Source of the DNA: Dimorphilus gyrociliatus
Lineage: Eukaryota > Animalia > Annelida
Length of the DNA: 64,000 nt
Direction: 5' to 3'
Assembly: GCA_904063045.1 (NCBI GenBank)
Contig: CAJFCJ010000004.1
Span: 184,195-248,194 of the forward strand
The position numbers and the translations under genes were made by a program. Positions 37,832 to 50,300 of the stretch are shown piece after piece (the stretch's first letter is position 1; every line of letters starts with the position of its first letter). The notes under the pieces are model-generated. The model ran no database searches, was not told the origin of the DNA, and worked only from the letters and a program-made list of their open reading frames with translations.

Positions 37832-40362
37832 TTACAAATCACCAAAAAGACGTGATTTTGAACCTAAAGCATCTCTTACGTTCGTATTTTCTCCCCTAGT
37901 CTGTTGAGCTAAGCGCTCTTCCTCCTCCTTCAGCGTTTCGGCTTTGAGTTCTTCATCATCAACAACTCTTGAATTTTCTGTGTCTGTTATATAACCCATT
38001 TCGCCTGTGTAGTGAGTTGGTTCCAGCAGTAAAGGTTCTGCACTTAATGCTACCAAGTCGCGAGGCTCAAAATGAGACTTCCACTCTTCATTAGGGTGTT
38101 TATCATACATTATAGGAAGATATTCGTCAACAGCTATCATCTTTGATAATGGGTTTTGACCAATTAATTTTCTGGCTCCAGACTCTGATAAAGCATAGCT
38201 GATTGTCCAATACGTGTAGTCGACCCAAACCAAGTTTGGTATGTCGTCTGATACAGTATATTCATTGGCATTTTGTAATCTCTTTCTGCCGAGATATATT
38301 AAATCCCATGGTTGCGACAAACTGTCAGCTGCTTTAATTGCTCTAAAAAGATTCTGCTTAAATCCGTTCTTAAATCTAACATCATCCTCGAATATTAATA
38401 CTCGTTCGTATCCTTTTTCAACAATCTTGAAGAAAGAAAGAAATCTTGTTTCGTTATAACAATACAAGTAAATTGAGTTAAAAAAAATACACTTACATCC
38501 TTCCAAATAACATAATGGGAAAGAAAACAACCGATTTCGCCTAAAGTTAATGGTCTTTCTCCGTAAGGATCTTTGTATCCATCTAACATTTGGACACCAA
38601 GTTCCTTGAGTCGGCTTTCAGACAGTTCCCTATTTATTCAAAGAAAAAATTGTATACTTCATGAGTTTGACTGTTGTAGTTTTTTCATTTTACCTCCCAT
38701 CAAATGCTTCAATGCGAGTATAATTTATATTAAGAATATCCATGCAAGCTTTCATTCTTTTCATTCTATCTGGACGACGTTTTAGATTGATAATATAAAT
38801 CTATAGTTGATTATAACACATAGAGTATATTTAAATAAAAGATAAGTTATATGTTATACTTTATCGAAATTTAAGAGCTCTCTTGGACCTCGTTCAGGAG
38901 CAAGATAACTTAATCCTTCTAAAGGAGAGTCTGTGTAAGCAGCCACTTGAAGTAGCATTTCTTCAAATCGGAGACGCTCTGTTGTCAGCCTATAAATTTT
39001 TTATTGAATAACTTGAATTTGAAACTAATTTAAGAACAAACTGATGACGAGCGTCGAGTGGCGCAGTCATCCATCCAAAGTAGTCAGTATTGACAATATG
39101 CATCTTAATTCTGTTCCTTTGATTATTTTGTGCAAAATAAATAATGTCATCAATTTGATCGGAAAAAAGATCCAATCTCTTTGGTAGGAAATTGATAAAA
39201 TTGCTTTCTTTTCTTCTTAAATCAATTAAAACAACTGAATGGACCATTGGAACCTAAAAATCATTTGTGTTTGAGAAAATTTGATGTGAAATTCAATTTT
39301 TTAAAAGTCACTATTGTGTTTGTCTTTAAATTTGACAGATTGTAACTTTACACTTTAAAAGAATCTTTATGAGCAGACAATGTTATTTTAAGGACATTTA
39401 TAAAAGTATACATACATCAAAGCAACCTTGGTGATGTCTGAATAATATCGGAAGATAATCCGGCGTTCTTTGATAATAACCCTTTACAGAAAGGTTAAAA
39501 TAATATTTTAATTGCTATAAAATAATAGATAAAATATTTTCCTACATTTTCGTCCATACCACACCAAAAATTACTGTATGTATTGGATCCTGTAATATTC
39601 AGCATTGGAGAAACTATGGTTCTAGAAGGATTTGAGAATAATAAATAAAACACATTAGGTTTGGTAGTGCATTTCCACATGCTGTTTTTTATTACCTCTG
39701 TTGTGATATGAGTATTTTTAACGTATTAGGATTTGATAAAATAGCATCCGCATCAGTAACCTATTAAAATAAAATAGATATATTATAAAGAATAATATAT
39801 TCTTGTGTCTTATACCATGAAGAAATCTGCCCATTTATTTCTAGCAACATCAATAGCTTCTTGTTTTAGTTGCATAACATGTTTAAACCTCTCTTCAGTC
39901 CAGTCAAGTGGAGATGATTCATTAGGGAAAGCTGAAGTTTGGGGTTATGTAGTATATTTTACATGATAATTAATAGAATTTTTGATACAAACATTGTGAT
40001 TCTCTCGAATTTTGAAAATCGATTGAATGATACATATCATTTACGTTCGATATCCAATTGGACAAAAGTTCTATTGAATAATCGATATTGTGATCGGACC
40101 GAATCCTTAAAAAGATGTAACGAATTAGTAGATGTTAGAATAAATATAATTGAATGTAAAATGTTTATTCTTACCATAATGAAATTCGCCTTTTTGGATA
40201 ATCTAACTTTTCCAAATATTTTAAAAAATACGGTAAACTGTGCTCCTTATTACGGACTAAAATGCAGATAAGAACACTTGGCTCTTGATAATCAGAGCAC
40301 GTTGCATAAGATATAAAGAGTACAATTAAAAAGAGTATTATCGTATTTAAGCCTATCCTCAT
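37832..40362 (-). CDS. COLGALT1: Procollagen galactosyltransferase (COLGALT / GLT25D); spliced
   Basis: Signal peptide, then [67 protein letters not shown] and [14 protein letters not shown]. Confidence 0.93.
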
Positions 40363-41017
40363 TATTTGATATAAAATAATAATTAGATAGTTTTAAAACA
40401 GTGGGTTTGACTAAGAGCTGCACGAAAATCGGAATTGCCCTTCGGTTACCTATTCCACCTCGGCTGAGTCGATTGTAACCTAAAAAATTGAAATCGAACC
40501 ATTCTTTTAAGTTTTTTTTTGTTTGAGGTTGTAGAATATTCTACAGAGAGCGCTAAAATGCAAAGTTTATTTTATAATGAACTATTTACGAACAACTTTT
40601 AACATAGTTGTATCAGTAGCTATAAACACAAATAGAATAATGTTTGTTGTTTCAATATAAATGCTGAAACTAGAAACTATTTTTACCATTCTACCCTGGG
40701 TGATTTATTGCTACCATATACTGTATATCTTACACGTGTACTATCGACACTCCTTTTTCCAAATGACTTACTCCATTATCAACACATACCAAGTCATGAA
40801 TTTTATTCAATAAACATCTTTTACTTCTCCTTTTACAGATTTATACATATAAATATTGCGGTACATATATAAACAGTTGAATTGCATGATTGTTAAATTA
40901 ATCTCAACTTAATTTAGCCGCCACCTAACGGATATTTCGCTAATCTCCTTACAATGAGAATTAATCTCATGAACAGATACTCTTATACTTGTCTGAACGC
41001 ACATTCCAATCTAAATC

Positions 41018-42996
41018 ATGAAAGTCTTCATTTTTATACTGACATTCTCATCTCTTTCTTATCTTAGCGCTGATTTATTTACAGCCAATGCGGGACTTCA
41101 AGCTTTATCTAAAAGCGAGGGTAAACTCTTTATTGGATTGAAAGAATATATTAAAGTGGAGCAAGAACGCCTGAAAGTATTGAGAAAGTAAATATTAGTA
41201 ATGTTATATTTTCTATTCAAAATGTTATAATTTTAGAAAAACTTTCATTATAAATCAATTACTTTTTAATAGTCAAATCGACGATATGAAGACGAAAGGG
41301 TTTGCTAAAAAGTTCACTGGAGACGCTCTTCAATTTGTAGGTCATCCAATCAATGCTTTCCACGTTATTCGGCATTTTACAAAGTTTTGGGATTCAATTA
41401 GTAAAGATTCCGCCGTTCCAGCTAACGCTCACATTTTGGAAAATAGCTGGGTTTGGGCAAATCTTGCTGACGAATCTCGCAAACCTACGATTAACGATTA
41501 TTACGGAGCTGCAAGGGCAATTTTAAGATTACAAGACATTTATAACATTCCTATTGACGAAATTGTAAACGGTAGCATCATGGGTCAAACTGTTGGGGAT
41601 CTGTCAGCTTTAGATTGTTTTGAACTAGGAGTTTCAGGGCTTCAAACTGGAGTAACATTTTTTTCTAACATACATTTACATTTTCATTAAAAACTTTTTT
41701 TTTAAATAAATACAGAAATATGAACAAACAATTAGATGGCTTAAAAAAAGTCTTGAAAAAGCTGAAGAAGATGATGAAGACCCACCAAAAGATACTAGAA
41801 GATTAATAGCTCAAGCTTATTATCATGTAAGAGTGTTAACTTTTTAGATATACTGTATATACATTTGCAGTTATTATAATTTTGATTTTTCGATAAACAG
41901 ATGGGAATGATTGAAGAAGCAAAGAAAGAGGCATTGATTGCATATAACCAAGATTCTATGAATTTACCCCTATATTCGGAATTGGGCTTATATAGAGAAC
42001 TTTCATCAAAGAATAAGATTGATAATGAAAAATATGAAAAATTCTTAGAGTTAAATAACAATACTAAATTGAATCAATATAGACATTATTGTCAAAAAGG
42101 ACCATCAGTCGATCCAAAACAAGCATCCAAATTGCAGTGTAGATTTAAGAAATTAAAAAATAATCCGTTTGAAGTTTACAAAATTGAAATTAAATCGTAT
42201 GACCCATGGATAGCTATAATACACGATATAGTTACCGATAAAGAAGCCGAGAAGATAATCCAACTTTCAAAACCATACGTAAGTTTATTATTTAAAAAAT
42301 TCTTCAAATTTTTAACTCTGTTCAAACAATGTAAAGCTGAAAAGATCTAAAGTTGGAGGAAATACAAATAATCAATTTTCTGAGATACGTATTTCTCAAA
42401 TGTAAGCTTTTCAAGAACAAAATGAAAACTTATTAATGAATTGATGAACTAATTTAAACATTTCAGAGCCTGGCTGTATGACGACCTTGATCCCTTTATC
42501 AATAAAATATCAGACAGACTTACGGCTGCGACTGGCTTAGATGCTCATAAGTCAGCCGAACCTTTACAGGTAGCTAATTATGGCTTAGGGGGACAGTATG
42601 AATTACATGAGGATGCCTTCGGCAATAATACAACTAGGCCGGGGGATTTACCTGGAGATAGGATATATACTTTGATGATTTATCTAAGTGATGTTGAAAA
42701 AGGCGGAAGTACCATTTTCCCTAATTCTAAGGTGAATCTTGAACCGATTAGAAATGCTGCTGCAGTTTGGTTCAACATGAACAAGGCTGGCTCTGCTGAC
42801 ACAAGACTACTACATGGAGGCTGTCCAGTTATTTACGGAACAAAATGGGGTAACAATAATTTTCGTATAATGTTAACAAACTAAAACTTTTGCTCTGTCA
42901 TTTATAGTGGCTAATAAATGGTTCCGTTCAGTAGGACAAGAATTTACATATCCTTGTGGCTTAACTGAACAGGAGGTTCATGAAAAATTTGATTAA
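41018..42996 (+). CDS. P4HA: Collagen prolyl 4-hydroxylase alpha subunit; spliced
   Basis: Signal peptide, then DLFTA, FVGHPINAFHVIRHF, GAARAILRLQDIY, AEPLQVANYGLGGQYELHED (HxD), GDRIYTLMIYLSDVEKGG.T.F and LHGGCPV..GTKW.ANKW. Confidence 0.93.
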
Positions 42997-43569
42997 GTCA
43001 TATAATATTCCACATATATTGTTAGAAGGTTTTCGACTTATCTATAAGTTTATACCATTTCGATTTTACATTCAACTTCAGATGACAATATTTTATGTGC
43101 TTTTATTGAATTGTTCATTTAAAATCAATAAATAATGAACCATTTGAGTTATCAGAGGTGATCTTTTATTAAAAACAGAATATTAGTGTCGTATTTCTGT
43201 CAATAAGCGTTTTAAAAAGCTATTTTTTTGGCGGGAAACAAAAAAGTGCAGAAATCTCGCAACTGGTTGTCACGTGGTCTTTATACACCGGAAACAAAAT
43301 TTCTCCTATCTTATCGCTGTTTGGTTACAAGGAAAGTTATGAGAGTTGTTTGCTAAACCTTTACTCGGAATAGTATTCCATGTTAAACAAAATAAAGATT
43401 AAAAAATGGCGCTCAAGCGATAAAACTTAACTTTATTAGTAAGTTAGCCAAAGAAAACAAGAATCAATCACATTCTGTGAGAGAGATATTCATATTCACT
43501 TGATTTCTGAAGTATTAAATAGCTTCTAACCTTTTTTATCGTTATTATTAAATCTTCAAGTAAACTTCT

Positions 43570-45575
43570 ATGATAAATAATATGCATTTCGACAACTCCT
43601 TTGAGGTGGATAATAGTTATTATGAAGGAATAGATACTGATAATCCGAACGACGCTTTGGATAATTACTACTTGTTTGATGAATTTCAAAATGAAAATGA
43701 ACTTTTTGATAGTTTATCATTTTCTGATCTAGTTTCTCAATGTGTTCTAGTTACTCTACAACAAATATGGTCTGATATTGGTCCTCTTTTAGGCCTCTGT
43801 TTTATCCAGAAAATAACTGTTAGACTTTTAATAAAACGTAAGTAATAACTATATTAGAAACTTTTAAATCTTTATAATATTAATATTTAAAATATTTGAT
43901 CTTCAACAAAAAACAAGTTGCTTTTTTTTCTTATGGAACATTCTTATTCTTAAATAGATTTAGATAAAAGCAACCTTACGGACTTCCTAATCCATTCAAC
44001 TTCTGCTGTATGTGGTATTATCGCTTTACATAAATTTTTCAAAGAAAATCTTACATACATCATCATATTAACATTTCTTGCCTATTTCGTTATAAGAACT
44101 GCCGTGTGTCTTTGTAAAGGATACACTGGTTTAGTACTTTCATGTGTAATATTCCTATATTTAATAACTTGGTAAGGATATCTTAATTTCTAATTTTAAC
44201 TCAAGTTTTAAAGAACGTTTCCTGTAGCGAACTTTATATGGTTTCACCTCAAAAGTGGCATCAAGTTCGAGGTTCTCAAATGATCCTTTCTATGAAACTA
44301 ATCTCATTATCTATCGACCTTGACAATAATCAAATTATCTTGCCAAAGTTTATAAGCTTTCTTGGATACACTCTTCACACCGGAAGTGTAATATTTGGTC
44401 CATGGATCTCCTTTCAACAGTATACTTCAAATATATCAACAAGGGAGAAAAAATCTGACAGAGAATGGGTTTTTAAACTATTTAAAAGTCTAACTCTATC
44501 TCAAATTTTTCTTGCAATATCGACATGTTTACTCCAATGGATTATACCTGATGATACAAATAAGTATAAATTATTCTTCTATTGTAAATACATAATGAAT
44601 ATTTTACTTCAACATTTATCTTTCCAGATGGTTATTAGCTTATCGAGATGCGCAGTCATTCAGATTTAGCCATTACTTCGTTTGCTTTTTCTCGGAATGT
44701 ACTCTACTTACTTCCGGTATAGGAAGGTAATTGTAAAATTTATCTGAAGTTATGTTATTGTGCTTTTACTCGCCTCTAGGGATATTACAGTTGTAAAACC
44801 GCTGAATATAGAACTTCCTAGATCTTTAGTTGAAGTGGTCACTTCTTGGAATCTCCCAATGCACACTTGGTTAAGAAAATGTTTGTAGAAGCTTTCTGTA
44901 TAAATATGTTTAATATCTTAATGAAACCCAACAGATGTATTCAATCAAGTTAAACATTTCGGATACTTCTTTGCTATACTAATAACGTATGCAGCTAGTT
45001 CCTTACTTCATGGATTAAATTTTCAACTTTCCGCTGTTCTACTATCCTTGGGATTCTATAGTTATGTTGAATATGGTAATTAAAATACTTCTCTTTCAAA
45101 TTAAGAAAAATTTCATTATTCTTTTTAACAGCATTAAGAAGAAAACTTGCAAATCTATTCAATTCATGTATAATGGCTAAGAGATGCAAACAATCTGACT
45201 GTCCAAATCATCAAAACAAATATGTAAACTATCCTGCCTTTTTTTTTCATTTACATTTTTATCAAGTTTATGTTTTATTCTTATTCAGTGGAAATCTTAC
45301 GTTTTAAGTGCGAACGTGTTTTTTGGTTGTCTAGCCATTTTCCATCTTGCTTATCTTGGTTTGATGTTTGATAGTAGTGATCCAGAGCAAGCTGAAAGCG
45401 TAAGTGTTTTGCTCTTTCACTCAATATTTTCTTATATTCACTATTCACTATCATTACCTGTTTTATTACTTTACAGGGCTACAGTATGACTTACACACTC
45501 TCTAAATGGTCAAAACTTAATTATGCGAGTCATTTTGTTGTTTTAATTACTTATATTTTATATTTATTAATATAA
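43570..45575 (+). CDS. PORCN: Porcupine, the Wnt O-palmitoleoyltransferase (MBOAT); spliced
   Basis: [66 protein letters not shown], and YAASSLLHG (catalytic His). Confidence 0.95.
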
Positions 45576-45852
45576 GGAATTTCCTTTTTTTAATGTATTT
45601 TACTTTTAAAATAAAATTTTGTAATAATTCAATTTTATTAGTTTTTCGTGTTTTTAAAAATTTAATGTGAATAAATTTTCTGTGCCTCCCAAATAAAACT
45701 ACCAACTTGTTGAGATAGTATAGTAAAAGCCTTCGCAATATTGAGTCATACCAGTTTCTATTGCGAAATTAAGCAAAACTTCATTGTTTTCGATTGAGCT
45801 GTTCTTCATGTCTCGTCTGTTGTTGTTATACGCCACTCTTTAAATCATAACT

Positions 45853-47137
45853 ATGAAATATTTGATATCTTCTCCCGGTAAAGTAATACTACACGGTGAA
45901 CATGCTGTCGTTTATGGAAAGGTTTGTCTTAAATTGTTTCCATGAGCGATAATAGCAGAGTTTCTTCTCATAGCATGCTTTAGCAGCCGCTGTGGACTTA
46001 AGGACAAACTTAACAATTGAAATATCTGAAAAACCTAACTTTCAAGCAGTGTTTCTCAATCGTGATTGGCTTATCGATTTACAACTATCTGATTTGGTGT
46101 CTTTTAGTCACCGTTTACATTTACCCAACACACCTCAGGAGCCGTCCGACGATGACTTCACGATTTTGTGCCAGTTGTTAAATATCAGCAGATCAGATAC
46201 ATGGAAAGCCCTTGATCTAGCAAAAATATCAGCCGTTTGGCTATTTCTTTGTATATGTAGATACAGGTAACATACATAAAAAATTATTTCATATTGTCCT
46301 CTTTCATGACTCAACCTTCTATTGTAGAATGAACTCAGGATTATCATTAGCCTTTACGACGGAATTGCCTATAGGAGCTGGATTGGGTTCATCCGCTTCT
46401 TTTGGATCCTGCTTAAGTTATGCCTTCCTCCTACATTCCAAGAGTGGTCAAGAGCCATTCAATCCAGAAAACATAAATTTATCTTTAGTAAATGAATGGG
46501 CTTTTATTAGCGAAAAGCTTTTACACGGAAATCCATCTGGAGTTGATAATGCAACAACAGTTTATGGAGGTGCTATGCTCTTTAAATCTGGTCATTTTAC
46601 TAGAGTCCGAATGCCCACTTTTCGAATTGTACTAATCGATACAAAAGTTAACAGAAGCACTAGGGAAATAGTTGAAGGTGTTCGAGAAAGATATGAGACC
46701 AACAAATCTAAATATGAAAAAGAAATGCATGTCTTTGATCAAATTACTTTAAAAGCAAAAAATATTTTTGAAGATAATATGTCCTACGATAAGTTTAAAG
46801 AATTTGAACAATGTATTATTGAAAATCAGTGTGCTCTGGATAGAATTGGTGTGGGTCACGAAAAAATAACTAAGGTTTTAAAGGCAGCTGGAATGTTTAA
46901 GATAACAGGGAAACTAACTGGAGCAGGAGGAGGTGGTTGTCTCTTCGTTCTAATACCCGAAAAGTTCCCAGGTATTTTATTGTTAACTATTAAAAACCGA
47001 AATCTTATTATTTATTATTATTTACATTTTCAGAGAAAGAATTAAAAGAGCTTAGTTCTCAAATAGAACAAATGGATTGCAGAGTTTATATTACAAAAAT
47101 TGGTGTTCAGGGGATCAATTGCTCTGTTTGTTTATAA
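45853..47137 (+). CDS. MVK: Mevalonate kinase; spliced
   Basis: [53 protein letters not shown] and [10 protein letters not shown]. Confidence 0.96.
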
Positions 47138-47240
47138 GAAATTTAAGTTTACAAAATTTTTGAATTGTTACTCCTTCCAGTTATTTTTCTCTTACAAAAT
47201 AAATGATTTTTGGGAAAAAAGAATGATATAAACTATGAGA

Positions 47241-47335
47241 ATGTGATAGATATTCCTTATCTTGAATTAACATGTCTTTTGTGACTTTCTGTTAAAACAG
47301 TCATTATTTCTCCTTGAGATTGGAATTGATCACAT
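47241..47335 (-). promoter_or_regulatory. SECIS element (type II) in the SELENOO 3' UTR
   Basis: Minus strand: ...ATGA CTGTTTTAACA GAAA GTC ACAAAA GAC A TGTTAATTCA AGAT... The AUGA/GA core lies at 47304-47301 and 47262-47259. Helix II is about 10 bp with two U-U mismatches. Unpaired AAA precedes an apical mini-helix GTC/GAC. A lower helix pairs ATGTGAT with ATCACAT and TTCC with GGAA. Confidence 0.9.
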
Positions 47336-47351
47336 TCATTATATTAAGTCT

Positions 47352-49610
47352 CTACGAAGATCACGTAATTTTTCTTTTTAGTTCAATACGTGGTCTTCCC
47401 TTGTCGTATAAAGCAACGTACTTCTGTCCAAGACTCTTATTGCTGCAGAAATTGTGAGGATAATCGTCATACGGATGAGAAATTAGCTCCAGAACCGTAT
47501 TAACGTCATCATAGTTTCCTTTTTCAGTCTCTTCAATCACACGTTGAAGAATATAATTCTTTAGAATAAATCTGGGGTTTATGTTTTTCATCAATATTGA
47601 CCTTTCTTCTGAAGACACAGTCTCACTCTTCAGTCTCTCTCTATAATTTGACACCCATTCTTTCCACATGATAAGGTCACGTTGTTTTTTGGAATCATTC
47701 GCTATGTTGTGAACGTCTCTAACAATCTGTCTGTTATTAAGTTGTAGCGTTGCTTGTTCAGCCTTTTTTACATATTTATCAACAAGATCAGGACGAGTTT
47801 GAAGTATCCACATAGATCGAACAATAGCCCTGAGGTAAAACGAAACGATTTAATATCTTATATTTAGAAAGAATTATGAACACTTAATAAAACTAACTCA
47901 GAACTCGATGTTTCTTTCTTTCTATATATGTGTTTCATTGTTGTTGAATCAGCGCAGAGAGATAAAATTCTGTCAATTAAATTAACTTCTTCATCTTTGC
48001 TAGACGATGCCGAAATTTCACAGAGAATTCTGAAAGTTTTTGAATAATCTGCTCCTGTAATATACATAACTTTTAATAAACTTTCCAATAATTCATCATC
48101 CTTTGATTCATTTTTGAAAAGACCCAGCTGAAAAAATAACAGGAAATTTTAATATAGTTGAAAAAATTTCTTTCAGGTGAAGAAGATATATTTAAACCTT
48201 TTTAAACATGATTTTCCTATATTCTGCTTTATATACTTCATCAAACATATCAATCTTAATTGAAGAGTTTTCAGTAGTAAAGAGTGATGACATGGAATTA
48301 GCTAATTTCTGTATTGACCACTTCATCATTTCTGGCTGCTTATCAAATTTAAACAAAGCCCAGTGATCTGTTAAGTATATAAGATACTCTTAATGTATAG
48401 ATTGCTTTAATAATATACCTGAAGCATTGCATATATGATCTGGATCATATTCTTCTAGGAAAGCGAAAGGACCATAATCAAGTGTTACTCCGACCAGACT
48501 GACGTTATCCGTATTATTAGTTCTAAAAATTGCGAATGATTTCATTAAATTAAAGCCGAAGAGAATTCCAAAGTATTACCCGTGACAAAACCCTACTGAT
48601 TGCCATTGAGAGACCAATTTGGCAGAAGAATAAAGAACGGCATTAAAAAATTCCTTATATCGTTGATCAATAGTTGGACCAGCTAACTAGAGAAAAAATT
48701 CATCTACAGAGTGCAAAAAGATAAAGTACCATTGAAACAAACTAAAGTACCTGGGGGTAAAAATTATCAATTGTATAATTGCAAATGTTTTCAATTAAGT
48801 GAGGGGTTTCCCAAGATGGTCCATGTGCTTTCGTTTCCTCATCTGCTGGATCGCAAATTTGTAAGGAACCAATTCTAAAACCATTAAATTCTTTTCTCAT
48901 TATTATTCATGAAATTTTTGACGAACTACCTAAGAAACGTTGGAGCAAATCTTCCCAAAATAGATACTCTTTCCTTAATAGGATTACCATCGTAGCTTAC
49001 ATCTCTATCAACAAACGTTCCAGATGTGATGCAAGTTGCAGCTCTAGTTGTTGGTATACCGAGAAAGTGCATTGCCTAATTAAAATTTTATTCTGTTGTT
49101 GTTACCGTTGTTCGTTACACTAATTTTGTATGTTACCTCACTTGCAAGGAACTCTCTTACAGTACTTCTTAGTACCTTCCTGCCATCAGCACCAGCTCTA
49201 CTAAAGGGTGTTCGACCACATCCTTTTAATTGCAATTCCACCGTTTGTCCATTGTTGTCAATCTCCCCAACATAGACTGTTGCCCCATCGCCTAGTTGAC
49301 CTGAGAAAAAACCATATTGGTGTCCACAATAACTATGAGCAGCAATTTCGGAACCAGTTAGAAGTTTGTTCCCTGAAAAGTATTCTACGAAATCGGGATC
49401 TTTAACGCAAGATTCGTCTAAACCGAGAGTTTTCAGTGCGTTTGGAGAAACTGCTACAAGCTGAGGATCTTTGACACGCGTGATGTCAGCCTTAGTGTAG
49501 CAGAAGCCTTTAACTTGTCTATGAGTTCTATATTCTTTTGATTTATCGAATGGTAGGCTATTCAAAGCCGTATTCTTAAATTTTATGGCTCTCCACGTTT
49601 TGGTAGACAT
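47352..49610 (-). CDS. SELENOO: Selenoprotein O (protein AMPylase), with in-frame UGA read as Sec at 47361-47363; spliced
   Basis: [57 protein letters not shown]...DYGPF and NPRFILKNY. The end reads ...AAA ATT ACG TGA TCT TCG TAG (K-I-T-U-S-S-stop), compared with vertebrate CVTUSS*. Confidence 0.95.
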
Positions 49611-49793
49611 GTTTAAATAAACCAAATGATATGAAACAAGCCAATTGATAATCTAAAGCCTCTTGTAGACTGTACTAAAAAACATCCGTTTACTTAATAT
49701 GGCGGGAAATTTAAATATAATTCAATAATTGACTTTCCTCTTTATCACTTTCTACACTTATAAAAATTCCTATATCTAATTATAGGCTTCAAA

Positions 49794-49799
<6 letters not shown>

Positions 49800-49830
<31 letters not shown>
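49800..49830. repeat. (AT)n microsatellite
   Basis: About 15 AT units read directly. Confidence 0.95.
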
Positions 49831-49832
<2 letters not shown>

Positions 49833-50300
49833 CTGAAGAACAAGTTGTCAAGAAAAGTGACAGTACTGTCACTTCTATTAGTATATAATCAACCATATTC
49901 ATAGTGGTATAGAGAAGTGTTACAACAAAATTTACCGTTATTAGTAAAAGTAAACTAGTTTATCTTTCACAGGAGAATGAATAATCAGAATAAGATAGGT
50001 TTTTTTCTTTCCAGTTAATCGGTTAGAAAACTATTGAATGTCAAGAAAATCATGAAAAGAGTATCCTTTTATTTATTTATATCCATTATTGTCTTTCCTT
50101 GTTTATAAAATTAAGATTTTCGTCACCTTCTTTACATGGAAGAAGACAAATAACCTGAAAAAAGTTAATGGAAAAAGATTCAATTTATTTATTCAGTTTT
50201 CAAAGAAACCTCTCCAATCCAAGTCATTCTCTGTTAATCTAAGCATAAAAGTAAATAATCTTTAGTATTTAATTAAATATTCACTCATTATTTAGGTTGA

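Noticed and set aside
37832-37849. COLGALT ends in FGDL instead of an RDEL-type ER-retention signal
   Set aside because: KDEL-like signals vary widely, so no functional inference is justified from the sequence alone.
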